Positions 39,547 through 51,186 of a DNA stretch of 64,000 bases are shown here, piece after piece. The position numbers and the translations under genes were made by a program. Positions within the stretch are counted from its first letter, which is position 1, and each line of letters opens with the position of its first letter. The notes beneath the pieces are model-generated. The model was not told the origin of the DNA, made no database searches, and was given only the letters and a program-made list of their open reading frames with translations. The stretch lies in assembly GCA_964252035.1 (NCBI GenBank), contig OZ176201.1; one strand, given 5' to 3'. This DNA comes from Podarcis erhardii. Taxonomy: Eukaryota.

Positions 39547-40554
39547 GCGCAGTTCGTAGATATTTTGCTCATTGTCTTCTACTTACAGTCTAGAATTGGT
39601 GATGATGGCTTAAGAAGTAAGGTGACCATTTATGCATCACCAACCCCCCCACCCACCCACAGATTTGCATAGCATTTACATTATGCTATTTTATATGTAG
39701 AGGTACAGATTTAAAAATAATAATTTAAATAGAAATACAATGCATTTCACCTTAGTGGGGAGAACTGTGACCTGTGTGCCTGCTCAGTTGGTTGTCCAGG
39801 TTGGTAGCTATTGTCAAGCAACTTCAGGGGTCCTGCTTTCCTTTTTATGGTTCTTTATCTTTTAAAAGGCATCTCTTCCAATAGAGGACTGTCCTCTGAA
39901 AAGTAGAACATGTGGCCTCCCTATCAAGAAGTCGTAATCAGTTAATCCTAACTGGGGCCCTGTCCCCAAATCATCATCTTTTTATTGTCTCCAGATGAGG
40001 CCTCAGGCACTGTTTTTGGTTCCGAAAGCCTCAGTTTCTTGCTTTCTGCAAACATATAATTGTGTGAACAAAAATACAAACATTGCCGAATTCAAAATTG
40101 TAGATGAGAAGTGTGATTAAATTGTGTATGTATGACTTGCCGGAAATGCACTAGAAGTAAACAGGTTGGACAAGGAATGCAAAAAACATCCCTGCATCCC
40201 CTGGAAGTAGCACATACATTGCTTGGGTTCTGAGCCTTTTGCAAGTGTTCTTACTCCAAAAATGATAGAATGATAGAAGTATCTTTTTTTAAGAGTAACA
40301 TTTAGCAACTCCTGCATCTGAAAAGGGTATTTGGAGTTTATGTGGAGAGTCAAGTAAACTGTTCCACACAGCTCCATCCTGTATACCTTTCACTGCCTTG
40401 GGGCAAGCTGATTATATTAATGAGACTTCTGCACCTGCAAGTGATTTACTGGGTGTACAAAATGAAGACGCAGAAACTTCAGCCAAGTTATCCAGATTTC
40501 TGTGTCAGTGGCCCTGGCATACACCCTAATGCCTTGATTTCTCTTCGTTTGCAG

Positions 40555-40961
40555 GAGCATTGCTGCTGGGGGGGATTCTCTACTCCTGGCAGTTCCCTCA
40601 TTTCAATGCACTCAGCTGGGGGCTCCGCGAAGATTACTCCAGAGGTGGCTACTGCATGATGTCTGTCACCCACCCAGAAATGTGCAGGCGGGTGGCTCTG
40701 CGTCATTGCCTCGCCTTAATTGGACTTTCATCACTGGCTCCCATCCTTGATGTCACCACATGGACTTTCCCCTTAATTTCTCTTCCCATCAATCTGTACA
40801 TTTCCTACCTTGGCTTTCGTTTCTACAGAGACGCTGACCGTGGCAGCTCCCGGAAGTTGTTTTTCTGCAGCTTGTGGCACTTGCCAATGCTCCTCTTGCT
40901 CATGCTGACTTGCAAGAAATCTTGGTACAAAAAGGTCAACGAAAAGGAATCCTTGAGTTGA
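40555..40961 (+). CDS. COX10: COX10 terminal coding exon 7 ([22 protein letters not shown]...[20 protein letters not shown])
   Basis: ttcgtttgcAG acceptor; 407 bp = 2 + 135 codons ending in TGA at 40959-40961. Contains [22 protein letters not shown], the conserved COX10/CyoE motif. Confidence 0.97.
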
Positions 40962-41917
40962 GGTCGCATCATGTTGAAAAACTCACGTTGCCTTTGTGAT
41001 AACTATTGGCTTCAGAAGCTCCGGTTCAAAATGGCGTACATATTTCAGTTATCATGCAGCAGGGAGGTTTTCTGTTGATGTATTCAGAGAGAATATTTTG
41101 TGTCCAGTGAACACTCTCTGTGATTTTTTTCAAATTAAATAATTTGATTTGGGACACACACATGACTCTTGGATTTGATTTTCGAATGTGAGATCCTTTC
41201 TTTGACTATACAGAGATGATGCTAAGATGCGTGTTATATCTTAATAGCATACTGATGAAGGAACAAATCTCTAATTCTTAAGGCAAGCTTGCTGAATCTA
41301 GTCCGGCAACAGTTCCCACAGGTGACTCATATGCATCTACACTTTTCCACACCAGAACAGGAGGATTAGCTTAACAATATGCAAAAATCACTCTGCCCTA
41401 GTTGTAGGAGTATATTCTCATTCTGTATGGAAAGTTGAAGGGAGTAACAGTATTTGGAGCTGAAAGAAACCACTAGGGAGTGTCATCCTCTCAGAGATGC
41501 TATTAACCTATGAGGGTGCCCAATTTCCACCCTTATTTAAACTTTTTCTGAATATGGTATAGACAGTTCATAAAGGAAAGATACAGAGAAGTTTGACTGG
41601 AGCCATTAAAAAGCTCTTTAAAAGGAAAAACAGCCATGACTACAAGAGAGAGAGAGAGAATATTAAGGGGTACACATACAGTGTGTGTGTGCGCGCGCGT
41701 GCACACACGCGCGTACACATGGAACATAAAGCCCCCAATGTATGTTTAAAGGCAGACCACCATGCAGAAATACATGGCTTTCCCATCAGCCAGGTCTTTG
41801 CTCTGTACAAGCCCTCACCTCATCTCTGGTTACCAACTTAGAAGTCCTTTTGGCATTTAAGCGGATCATAAATAATAACCCTTAAAAGAAAGAATGTTAG
41901 TACCTGGTAATATTTGT

Positions 41918-42077
41918 AGTCAAAGCCATGGGGTTAGAAGGGCCCGATAGTTTGGGTAGCTCCAGGAATGACTCCTAGCACTAAAATCTGCCCATTGACT
42001 CGAAGTGTACAGCTCAATTCTTGGTTTTCTGACAATTGGCCTGCTTGACAGGAAACAAACTTATGCCCGGCAAATTT
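41918..42077 (+). repeat. Copy 1 of a diverged ~160-bp direct repeat
   Basis: Aligns by eye with 43176-43333 (shared tgactcctagcac, aaaatctgcccatt, ttttctgacaa, gcctgcttga). Confidence 0.8.
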
Positions 42078-43175
42078 CCACCCCATCAGACCTTTGACAA
42101 CTTTCATGCCATCCTACTTTCATAGCAGCCTTTTTGCTAGTAGGTTATGATTGCCATCCTCCATCCAGGAAGGAGCTATTTGTTGTCTGAATTTCCGTTT
42201 CCTAGAAGTGCCTCCGACTCTTATTTCCTGCAACACATCATCAAGCAACCCTGATGGAAATGGAAATACAGAGCGGATGGAATCAGCTCAGTCTGGCCAC
42301 GGAGAAAACATTTTGAACCAATCTGAAACAAGGAAATAACCTTCAGGGTGTAACTACTGTGGCTGAACAACCACAGAAACAGAAGCTTGTTCACTTTATA
42401 TGCCAATCTTGTTTATGGCTTCAAGATGCTAGGTTAGTTGAGTATAGTTTATTGCATTCTTTTAACGCTAGCTTTTATATCATAGTTTTTCATGTTTCCA
42501 CTACTTTCAAAAAGAATATTCAAAGCACATTGATCATCTTCCTTTCATCACATACACCCCACCAAATAATTTAAGTTCATTTGGAATGTGAAGGTTTATT
42601 GGAATATGTGCGAGATCAAGGTGCCTTTCTTGGAGATAGGGGGACCTAGCATAGAACAAGGACAAAACTGTTGTTATTTTACCTACTTGCATTGTTGTCT
42701 AATTGCAGGGAATGGAGAGTTACCAGAAAACATTTGGGATGTCTGAATGAACAATTTGTAGGTGAGAACTGAGGGCATCATGGCAATTAATTCACAATGC
42801 TACTCTCATCTATATTTGCAAGAATGAGTTGAGGAGAACCTGCACAACCATTTTAACTGTCATATATACAGGTTGATCTACTTCCCCACGGATACATACA
42901 CACACATCCTCAGAACACAATAATACTATTAAAAGTACAATTCTGTATGTGTCTACTCAGAAGTAAGTCCTACTGAGTTCAGAACTTCCACACAATTCAG
43001 ACTACTGCTGAACAAGCTGTAGAAGAGGTCGTACAAAGAAGACAACTAATTTATTTGGCACGATTTCATGAATCCAGACCAAGCTCCCACTTAAATCAGT
43101 GGCCTGTCTTGTCTATTTGCAATGGTTTCAATGGGGCCAAAGTAGGCTGGATCTAAACTATTGTGTCCAAAAGGC

Positions 43176-43333
43176 AGTCAAATCCATGGGGTAAGGGCTC
43201 AATGGTTTTGGGTAGGCCCAGGAGTGACTCCTAGCACAAAATCTGCCCATTCACTGGAAGCATACAGCTCGCCTCTTGTTTTTCTGACAACCAGCCTGCT
43301 TGAAAGGAAATAAACTTCTGCCTGACTAATTTG
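43176..43333 (+). repeat. Copy 2 of the diverged ~160-bp direct repeat
   Basis: Collinear with 41918-42077, about 1.26 kb downstream. Confidence 0.8.
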
Positions 43334-43525
43334 CATTCTGCCAGTGTTAGATTCTGCTATAAATTCATAAGGAACAAGTTCTGGCTTCCAACTGCAATAA
43401 TACTAGCCTAACTTCCTGGATTATTTTAAGAATTGCTGAAATAATGTATGTGAAGTACTCTCAACAATCTAAAATACTAAAGAAATAACATGCTAATTCT
43501 GCGATCCTATGCTTACTTGCTGAGA

Positions 43526-43850
43526 TTAAACCACAGAGCCTAGGACTTGCTGATCAGAAGGTCGGTGGTTCGAATCCCCATGACGGGGTGAGCTTGGGCC
43601 CTGCTCCTGCCAACCTAGCAGTTCGAAAGCACGTCAAAGTGAAAGTAGATAAATAGGTACCGCTCCGGCGAGAAGGTAAACGGTGTTTCCGTGCACTGCT
43701 CTGGTTTGCCAGAAGTGGCTTAGTCATGCTGGCCACATGACCCAAAAGCTGTACGCCGGCTTCCTCGGCCAATAAAGCGAGATGAGCGCCGCAACCCCAG
43801 AGTTGTTCGTGACTGGACCTAATGGTCAGGGGTCCCTTTACCTTTACCTT
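43526..43850 (+). mobile_element. Sauria SINE, 5'-truncated
   Basis: B box ggttcgaatccc, diagnostic body (gcagttcgaaagcac, gtcatgctggccacatgacc, gagatgagcgccgcaaccccagag) and (ACCTTT)n tail. The 5' tRNA A-box region is missing. Confidence 0.92.
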
Positions 43851-45399
43851 AGGGCTTGCTTCTAAGTAGTCTCCTTAAATGCAGGGGTTTCCAATGAAGA
43901 ACGAATGAATAACAGAAACACGGGTCCTCTCAAATACAACTGATTTTATTGTTCCAATATGGAGTTGTCTTGCTTCCACTATCAATTTTGCTAATAAAGC
44001 TTTTGTTGGCCTGGTTGCCTTTATGCGCATAGATTCCCATGAGATCAAGGTTGTGGGCAGGCAGGGGAAGCATAGGAAATACCATGATGGATCAAAACAT
44101 AATGTTATCCATTTTGGAACTGCAACAGATTTCTTCCTTTCTCTGTTTTAAAGTGTAGCCAGTGGTTGTGTGTTACTTTGTGCAACTACACCTTCAATCC
44201 AAAGTAGTTTTTTTTTTCTGAATTTGAAAAGAGCTGTAGGATAATGGGCAATTGTGTCCATGACCCTTTTTCTTTCCCAGTAAACCATTACAGATTGCCA
44301 CCTGGCCAGCTTTTTCTGCCACCTGATTGCTTTTCTAATACTGAATCAATGACAGTCAATGGACAGCTTCTAAATGTGCATATATTTATATTAATGAAAT
44401 ACCACAATGCACCAGTAGCTATTATTTTGTTTTCCTTAGGGGTAGGGGAAGACTACTGATCACAGAAGTGAGAAAATGGGAAATTATTGATTTGATCTAC
44501 CATTGCTTGAGGGCCTGTGGCCATTAATATTCCCAGAAACCAGCTTTTGATGCTCAAAGCTGGGAGCTCATGAAATCATGTGTTACCTGGCTCTCCCATG
44601 TTTTTCATCTTTTTAAATGATTCTAAACAAGGAAATGGAAGAGGTGGAGGTAGAATAAACACACAGCTTGCCCTAGTATCACCCAAGCATCATATCCCAT
44701 TGTAACAAATGTCCAGAACAGCAGCCTGTTGCAGTGAAAACAACTGTGGTTTGTGGCAGGCTAACGACTTATTGATTATAGCACAAGCATTGTGTGTACT
44801 ACAATATACATCTTGTGAATCTAATTGCTACGGACTCGGCCTCACAATTCATTTGAAGGGCATATGCGGTGGACAAGCCAGTTGCTCAAGACATCTCTCG
44901 AAGGTGGATTTAGGGCAGCATGACCAGTTCTCCCACATAGGGCACTGAGCCAAGGCAATGCCTTCTTTCCTACTTCCCAAAGCCTAGAAAGCACTCAGTT
45001 CGGGTTGGAGACGTAACGGCTCTGGCAGGGTCCTAGAGTCCCTCTCCTTCCTTCTCAAAGCCCAGTTAGCACTTGTCCTGCTTTGGGAAGGATGGTCCTA
45101 GAGCCCTCATGCCTCCTTCCCATAGCCCAGTGCCTTGTTTACTCGGCTTTGGGAAAGCAATGTGAAGGCTGCAAGGAGGCATCAAATTTGGGTCCCACTT
45201 GGGGCACCATATTACCATTTCTCTTGCCTGTTTTCTTTTGAAGAAAGAAGACATTCCTCGTTTTGTTTTTTGAAGGAAGGTCAAGATGTGGACACCGCAA
45301 GAATGACTTAACACTTTGCTGGGGCGGTTCCGCCGGGTTTGGTTTTCATTTATTTGAAAGGCTGCATGTTTTCAACAGAACAAGGCATCAAGACAGATG

Positions 45400-46070
45400 T
45401 GAGGCAATCATCCTTCCAAATGTTCCCAACTAGAAGACGGGATTGCACTGGAAGCAGGGGAAATGGTTACAAGAGGAGATCAAACATTAAGTGATCTGGA
45501 TTTATTTAAGTTAACTTGGGAGCAGCGGGGTATTATGTCTTACAGTGGAAAATAATAAAATGAAACTCAACAAAGAAAAGCATTAAGCATGACACATTGG
45601 AAAGAAATGGCAAATGTATAATTACCAAACTGGGGAGACGATTGTCTGGGCTCCAGCATTACCGAGAAGGAATAAGAAGGAATGAGAGTCTATCTGAAGC
45701 TGAGCCAGCAACGTAGCATTTCTTACAAGACAACAGACACTACTTGAAGCTGTATTAACAGCATCTTCAGCCTGCCAGACGGGAGGGGGTAATAGTCTTG
45801 TTTTATTTGGCACTAAGTAGGTCTCCAGTGCAGTATTGTGTCCAGTTGTGGTCACCACTTTTAAAGACGGATTAGACTAAACTGAAAACGATTCTGAGGG
45901 AAGCAACAAAACTGACACTTTGGAATGCATGACACAGGAGGGGGGAAACTGTAGAAACTTGTCGCGGTTAGTTAGCCTAGAGGAAAGAAGGGTGGATGGA
46001 AAGAAATGATAGCAGCTCTTGGGTATCTAGACATGCAGGGAAGGAAAACCTGGAGCAGCTCCTCCCCAAA
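45400..46070 (+). mobile_element. Old CR1 LINE ORF2 fragment
   Basis: Degenerate NKMKLNKEK..., ...QYCVQLWSPLLK... and RATK-like segments of CR1 RT, with stops and frameshifts. Confidence 0.65.
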
Positions 46071-46230
46071 GGCCCACTTCTCACTGAAGTGGTAAGCCAA
46101 CATCTGTGTTGCCCTGCTTCGAATTGCAGGTGAGGGCTGACAGTTGTGCCAGTGGTATAGTGGCATCATGCACAGTGTAACCCAGATCCATGTTCTGGCA
46201 GGTGCATGCCTTTCTGTCTCTTTGGATAAG

Positions 46231-46620
46231 GAGTGTCACTGTTGTAGAGCACCTGCTCTGCATGAAAAAAATGTCATTGGCACCTCCATTTAGAGCTGGG
46301 GAAAACTTCTGACTGAAGAGACATTGCTAGTTGGTGTAGAGTGGACAATAATGGGCTAAATCAGGCGTGTCCAAAGTCCATTTCGGGGGCCTAATCTGGC
46401 CCCCCAGTCAGTTTAATCCAGCCCCTGTGGCAGTTAATTTCCTGGGGTAAAATCCTAAAAAAACCCTCAACAACTTCAATCCTAAAAAAAGGTTAACAAC
46501 TTTGGCCAGCCCTTTGGTCGGCCCTCACGGCCCTTCACTTCATCAAATCTGGCCCTCTTTGGAAAAGGGTTGGACACCACTGGGCTAGATAGACCAATGA
46601 ATAAGGCAATTGTTATAAGG
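46231..46620 (+). mobile_element. Degenerate tRNA-derived SINE interrupted by the hAT MITE
   Basis: The flanks rejoin as gtagagcacctgctctgcatg...gacaataatgggcta[MITE]gatagaccaatg...taaggca, similar to the SINE at 11808-11991. Confidence 0.6.
46362..46582. mobile_element. hAT (Charlie-like) MITE, 221 bp
   Basis: Ends CAGGCGTGTCCAA and TTGGACACCACTG; 8-bp TSD GGCTAAAT / GGCTAGAT (one mismatch) fits the hAT xxCTAGAx target preference. Confidence 0.85.
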
Positions 46621-46757
46621 CAATTGTGTTTCATAACTGCATACTTCTCCATCAGGAAGATCCTGCAGACAGAAAACTAGATGTCAAAGAGAAATCTTCT
46701 AGAATATCCTTCTGCCCAACATGCTAGTTTTCTATGAGTATGAGTTTTTCTATGAGT

Positions 46758-46759
46758 TT

Positions 46760-46817
<58 letters not shown>
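46758..46817. repeat. (TTTC)n microsatellite
   Basis: Direct reading. Confidence 0.97.
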
Positions 46818-46820
<3 letters not shown>

Positions 46821-47193
46821 TGATTCAAGTGGCACTGTCAAGACACAGGTTTAAAACCTCAGGGAAACAAGGACATGAGAGAAGCACTGAATGGAGAAGA
46901 GGCATCAAAAAATTAAAGTTTCAGCAGAGCTGAAATCAGGTGAATACCTTCCTAACTGTAAGAAGCGGACCACAGAATAAGTTGACTGTGGAAGTTGGGC
47001 GATCTGTTTCTGGAGGCTTTTAAAGGGAGGCTCCATGAGGTCAGCTCTTGTGGTTCTATGCATTGGCATTCTTATAGATCCCCCAGGGAAAATGATACAT
47101 TGCTAGGCTTTCAAATTAAGAGCTCATTCCAATGCCCTGTTTCTTTCTTGCCACTTAGTTATGGCTAGAAAAAAACTTTTGCCCAAAGCACAC

Positions 47194-47362
47194 NNNNNNN
47201 NNNNNNNNNNNNNNNNNNNNNNNNNNNNNNNNNNNNNNNNNNNNNNNNNNNNNNNNNNNNNNNNNNNNNNNNNNNNNNNNNNNNNNNNNNNNNNNNNNNN
47301 NNNNNNNNNNNNNNNNNNNNNNNNNNNNNNNNNNNNNNNNNNNNNNNNNNNNNNNNNNNNNN
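47194..47362. other. Assembly gap (169 N)
   Basis: Run of n in the sequence. Confidence 1.
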
Positions 47363-48641
47363 GACTTACAACATTTAAAATAATTAAATGCACAGGAATA
47401 AAAACAAACTAGTTAAAAACAATAGATTTGTTGATGTTGATGTTTTGAAGGTAACATGCTGGTCTTGCAGGGAGGGATTTTAAATGAAACATTTAAGTGA
47501 GCAAGTTTCCATTCATCAGAGGGCTGTGAATGGTTTCCCTGGCCCACTTCAAAAGACCGGGGCAGTGTGTCCGCTGGGGTACAACTCATTCAGGGGCACT
47601 ACAGGAGATGTGAAAACATCTGCTCAAGTCAGGCCGGCGTCTTTCAGGACTGTTTTCCCCTTGCTAATAATTGTCTGTGTTCTGTCATCTAGAAAGGGGA
47701 CTTTGTATGTTGTCTCCCAGGTATTCTAATGCTAATTTGTTTAGTTAAAAAGAGAGGAGGCTAAACAGATGTGAGCCATTTGGTTAGGTTGTAGTTCATT
47801 TGTTAGAAAGTGCAAAGGCTTCTTGGGAGGATATTAAATATTACCTTAGCTATTCATGAACACTTCATATTTCAAGAGAGGGAGGGCGGCAGGGATTGCA
47901 CTCAATAAATCAAGCTTTTTTATAAATAAAAAAAAAGAATGATGGAAAAAGGCAAACATTTGATAAATCTATGTCATTATGCCTGCAGATCAAAGGGCTT
48001 TACATATGTATTTATGCAAGTGGCAACCTAGGAGACAATAATAACAAACATAGATCTCCGGAGGCTTTGCGAAAATAAAAATTAGCCTGTTCTAATCTGT
48101 AATTATCTGGGAAATGTGCAAGGCATGAGGTTGCTGGCTGCAGGAGTGTTTCAACTTGGTAAAACCAAAGGGATGAAACGGCTTCCATTCAGTTGCCAAA
48201 TCCCAGGAAACACTGAAACTGGCAAATGTTACTAAGCACAATTCATATAGTTTGGGGTAGTTAGATGTCTGCCACTACATCGTACTAGTATTTTTGAGCA
48301 GAATATAAATGGGGCTGGTTTAATAAATAGGAAATCTAATGTGCTTTTAGGATATTTGCATATATAACATACAGTAATCTTATGCCCATTTACCTGAGTT
48401 TGTCCAGTGTTTATTATTCCTACACAGACATGCAAAAATATCCAGCTATAAGTCCCTCTCTTGAGTTTTGTGTGCTGTTGATGTGAGATAGGAATCAGAA
48501 GAGAGTCATTTTTTAATCAGTTGTACTTGATGAGCCGGGTTTGCATTCCATGTGATTTTAAGCAACAGCAACAACAGGCTTCAGATGTTAAAGTACTTCT
48601 CAATTATGCCTGTAGAATCTTCTCAATCTTAGGCTTTACAG

Positions 48642-48744
48642 CAGCCTTCCTAAATCTGGTGCCTTCAAAATTCCATTGGCACCATATATATATATAGCAC
48701 ATTTGGGCTAGCTGATACTGATGGGAGTTATAGTCCAAGAACAT
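48642..48744. mobile_element. Left part of a palindromic hAT-type MITE
   Basis: cagccttcctaaatctggtgcc...tgatgggagttatagtccaagaacat resembles a common squamate MITE; a possible 8-bp TSD CTTTACAG / CTTTACAT flanks 48642 and 49244. Confidence 0.55.
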
Positions 48745-49240
48745 TGGATCTTAGACTGGATCCTCAGGTACAGGCACCAGCTGAGTCTGCTCTGGCTCCT
48801 GAGGTAATGGAGGACCCATTGCCTGCAGGTGCTCCACTCTCAGCCCCGTCAGGGGAAGCTGAGGTTGCCTCTGGGTCCAGTAACCCTCCAGCCTCTCCTG
48901 AGCTGCAGAGGCTCAGGGCAGAGAGGCAGAGGGAACTAAGTTCCCGCAGAAGGAGTGCTCGCCTCCAGGCCAGGAGAAGCGAGTCATCTGTGGACCAGGG
49001 CCGCCCTATGCCTCGGGGCAGATAAAAGCCAGCCAGCCCCAGTCCCAGGTTGCGGGAGCAATGTTGTTGGTAGCCTGTTCCTGCCTGCACCCTGTCCTGC
49101 TCTTCTGCCAGAGTTCCTGACCTCACCCAACTCCCTGCCTTGGACCCAGCTTCAGCTTTGACAGACAGCCTCCATACCGCACCCTCGACCTTGGACTGGA
49201 CTCGGACCACGCCGCACAGTTAACCCTCGGGACCAGCACA
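48745..49240 (+). mobile_element. Probable solo LTR (Gypsy-like)
   Basis: ~500-bp GC-rich island in AT-rich DNA, TATA-like GATAAAAG at 49021, pyrimidine-rich 3' part with ggact/gacc repeats, ending ...GACCAGCACA. The 5' TG terminus and an LTR TSD are not clean. Confidence 0.55.
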
Positions 49241-49397
49241 GTTGCTTTACATTATGATCCTATGCAAATCAGAAGTCCCACAAATTTCAGTAAATATAAC
49301 AATGGCAGTTTGATCCTCCACTTGTTGACTTGAAAGCGACTCTCACCATTTTATATCTTCTCATAATCAATGGGCTTCCTTCCTCAATTCTAGAAAA

Positions 49398-49523
49398 ATC
49401 ATAGAAAGGACCACAAGGGTCAGCTAGTCCAACCCTCTGCAACGCAGGACTCTTTTGCCCAACATGGGGCTTGAACCCACAACTCTGAAATGAAGAATCT
49501 CATGCTCTACCAACTGAGCTAAG
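49398..49523 (-). mobile_element. Short tRNA-derived SINE with CR1-like tail
   Basis: The reverse complement begins tagctcagttggtagagcatgaga...gggttcaagcccc and ends gggttggactag...tctatgatt. Confidence 0.8.
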
Positions 49524-49705
49524 TCCCCATAACTTGTGATGCATCGGTTCCAGTGTAAATAGTTAATGAATACGGGAAAGATCCATCAGTTTGATTGGCC
49601 CAAACATTAAAAGTTCATAAAAGGGCATTGTTCTCTCTGTCTGTCTGGCTAGAGTGAACACACTGTGTATTTGTGCTCTAAAAAGAGAAATGGAAGTGAA
49701 GGACT

Positions 49706-49712
49706 TTATTTA

Positions 49713-49750
<38 letters not shown>
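49706..49750. repeat. (TTAT)n-(TTAC)n compound microsatellite
   Basis: Direct reading. Confidence 0.95.
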
Positions 49751-49751
<1 letters not shown>

Positions 49752-51146
49752 TTCTTCCTTGTTCGACCCAACCACAATTGTTCTCTGTGTCTTTCCATTC
49801 CCCAGCACTGTTTCAGATATTCCAGCCATTCGATTTCTACCTCTTCCCTCGAGCAATGTCCACACTCCATCCATCTCACTAAAAAATAAAAAAATAAAAA
49901 GTTCTTTGACATCCAGCCCACATTTTTTCTTGACTCAACTCTGTCATGTCACTCCTACTCATCTCTCCTTGGAGCGCTGGAAAACACTCCTCCCCATTCA
50001 AGCCAAATGGCCTTGAGCCAGCAAAGAACGGTGTTTACAGAAAGAGGGATTAAAACTTTAGGGGCAGGTCAGGGCAAAAAAAAAAGTATAATGACTTCCG
50101 GTTTCTTGGGAGAAGAAATGGAGCTGACTGGGTGTTTATGACGGAGAATAAGAGTACACCCCGAACCCACTCAGCCAATGAAACCCAAAGGAGGGAGTTG
50201 TGTTACAGCATGAAAATGATTCCCTTTGGCTGAAGATGGCAACATTTCAAAATGAAGTTAGGCCTGATTTACACATTACAGACATAAGACTATGGAGACT
50301 GCTTGAAATTGCTCCACTACTTGGCTGATACAACCACAGAGCTGAAGGAAAGATTAAACTGACAAAACACCCTGAACTTCTGATATGAACCTAAAAGCCG
50401 CAAGTGGTGTGGAATGGCCACAAAAATGGGGAAACAAATCCACTCTATCCATGCATCTCTATGATGCCCACTTATTTCTGCTCCCCACTCAAAATGACCA
50501 CATTGCAATGTGCATTGGACCTGGGACCTGTTGGTCACAAAGGGGAAAGCTATTTGTATGCAATTTTCATCCATCAGTTCAAATGTCCAGTGATGAAAAT
50601 GGAGTATGTCCAATGATGAAATATCCAGTGATGAAAATGGAGTATCATATAGCTATAATGAAAACGGAGTATTACAGCCCACTGATTCAGTCCAGGACAA
50701 CAGCCACAGAGTAGCCAAAACATAGATATCAGCCCTTGTTCTACCAGAATCAGAGCAAATGCTGCTCTGTTTTTAGGCAAACCCAGGGCTTGGACAGCTC
50801 ATTTTGAAAGGGAATTAGTTTCATTTCCATTTCATTCCCCCCAAAAGGAAATTCAGTCCAATTCAAGTTTGCCTCCTTTAAAAAAGAACTAATTCAATTT
50901 GAGTTCAATTCGCAATTCATTCATGTGGTACTCGGCATTTTCTCCAGCTAAAGTTTAAAATATAGTTAAGCAAACTAAGAAGCCATCTGAACGCACATGG
51001 AGTGTAATGTGAATAATGCTGTCATTTATTTTCCCAGTGATTGTACTCTTTAAGCTTAAACAGCAGCATCAGTTCTCAGATACTGTAGGTACAATTAGTA
51101 GGCACAGTGGCTGCAGTCAAACACAAGAGTTAAGTGTGATGAAACC

Positions 51147-51148
51147 TG

Positions 51149-51185
<37 letters not shown>
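51147..51185. repeat. (TG)n microsatellite
   Basis: Direct reading. Confidence 0.96.

Positions 51186-51186
<1 letters not shown>

Noticed and set aside
40552-40557. CAG-GAG tandem (NAGNAG) acceptor at COX10 exon 7
   Set aside because: GAG is a very poor acceptor after a CAG; no evidence of use.
48744-49210. Overlapping 93-aa and 148-aa ORFs as genes
   Set aside because: Both lie within the GC-rich LTR-like block; no known domain.
50628-50685. C box (GTGATGA) and D box (CTGA) suggesting a snoRNA
   Set aside because: Intergenic, no terminal stem, and the C-box-like words are explained by the minisatellite unit.
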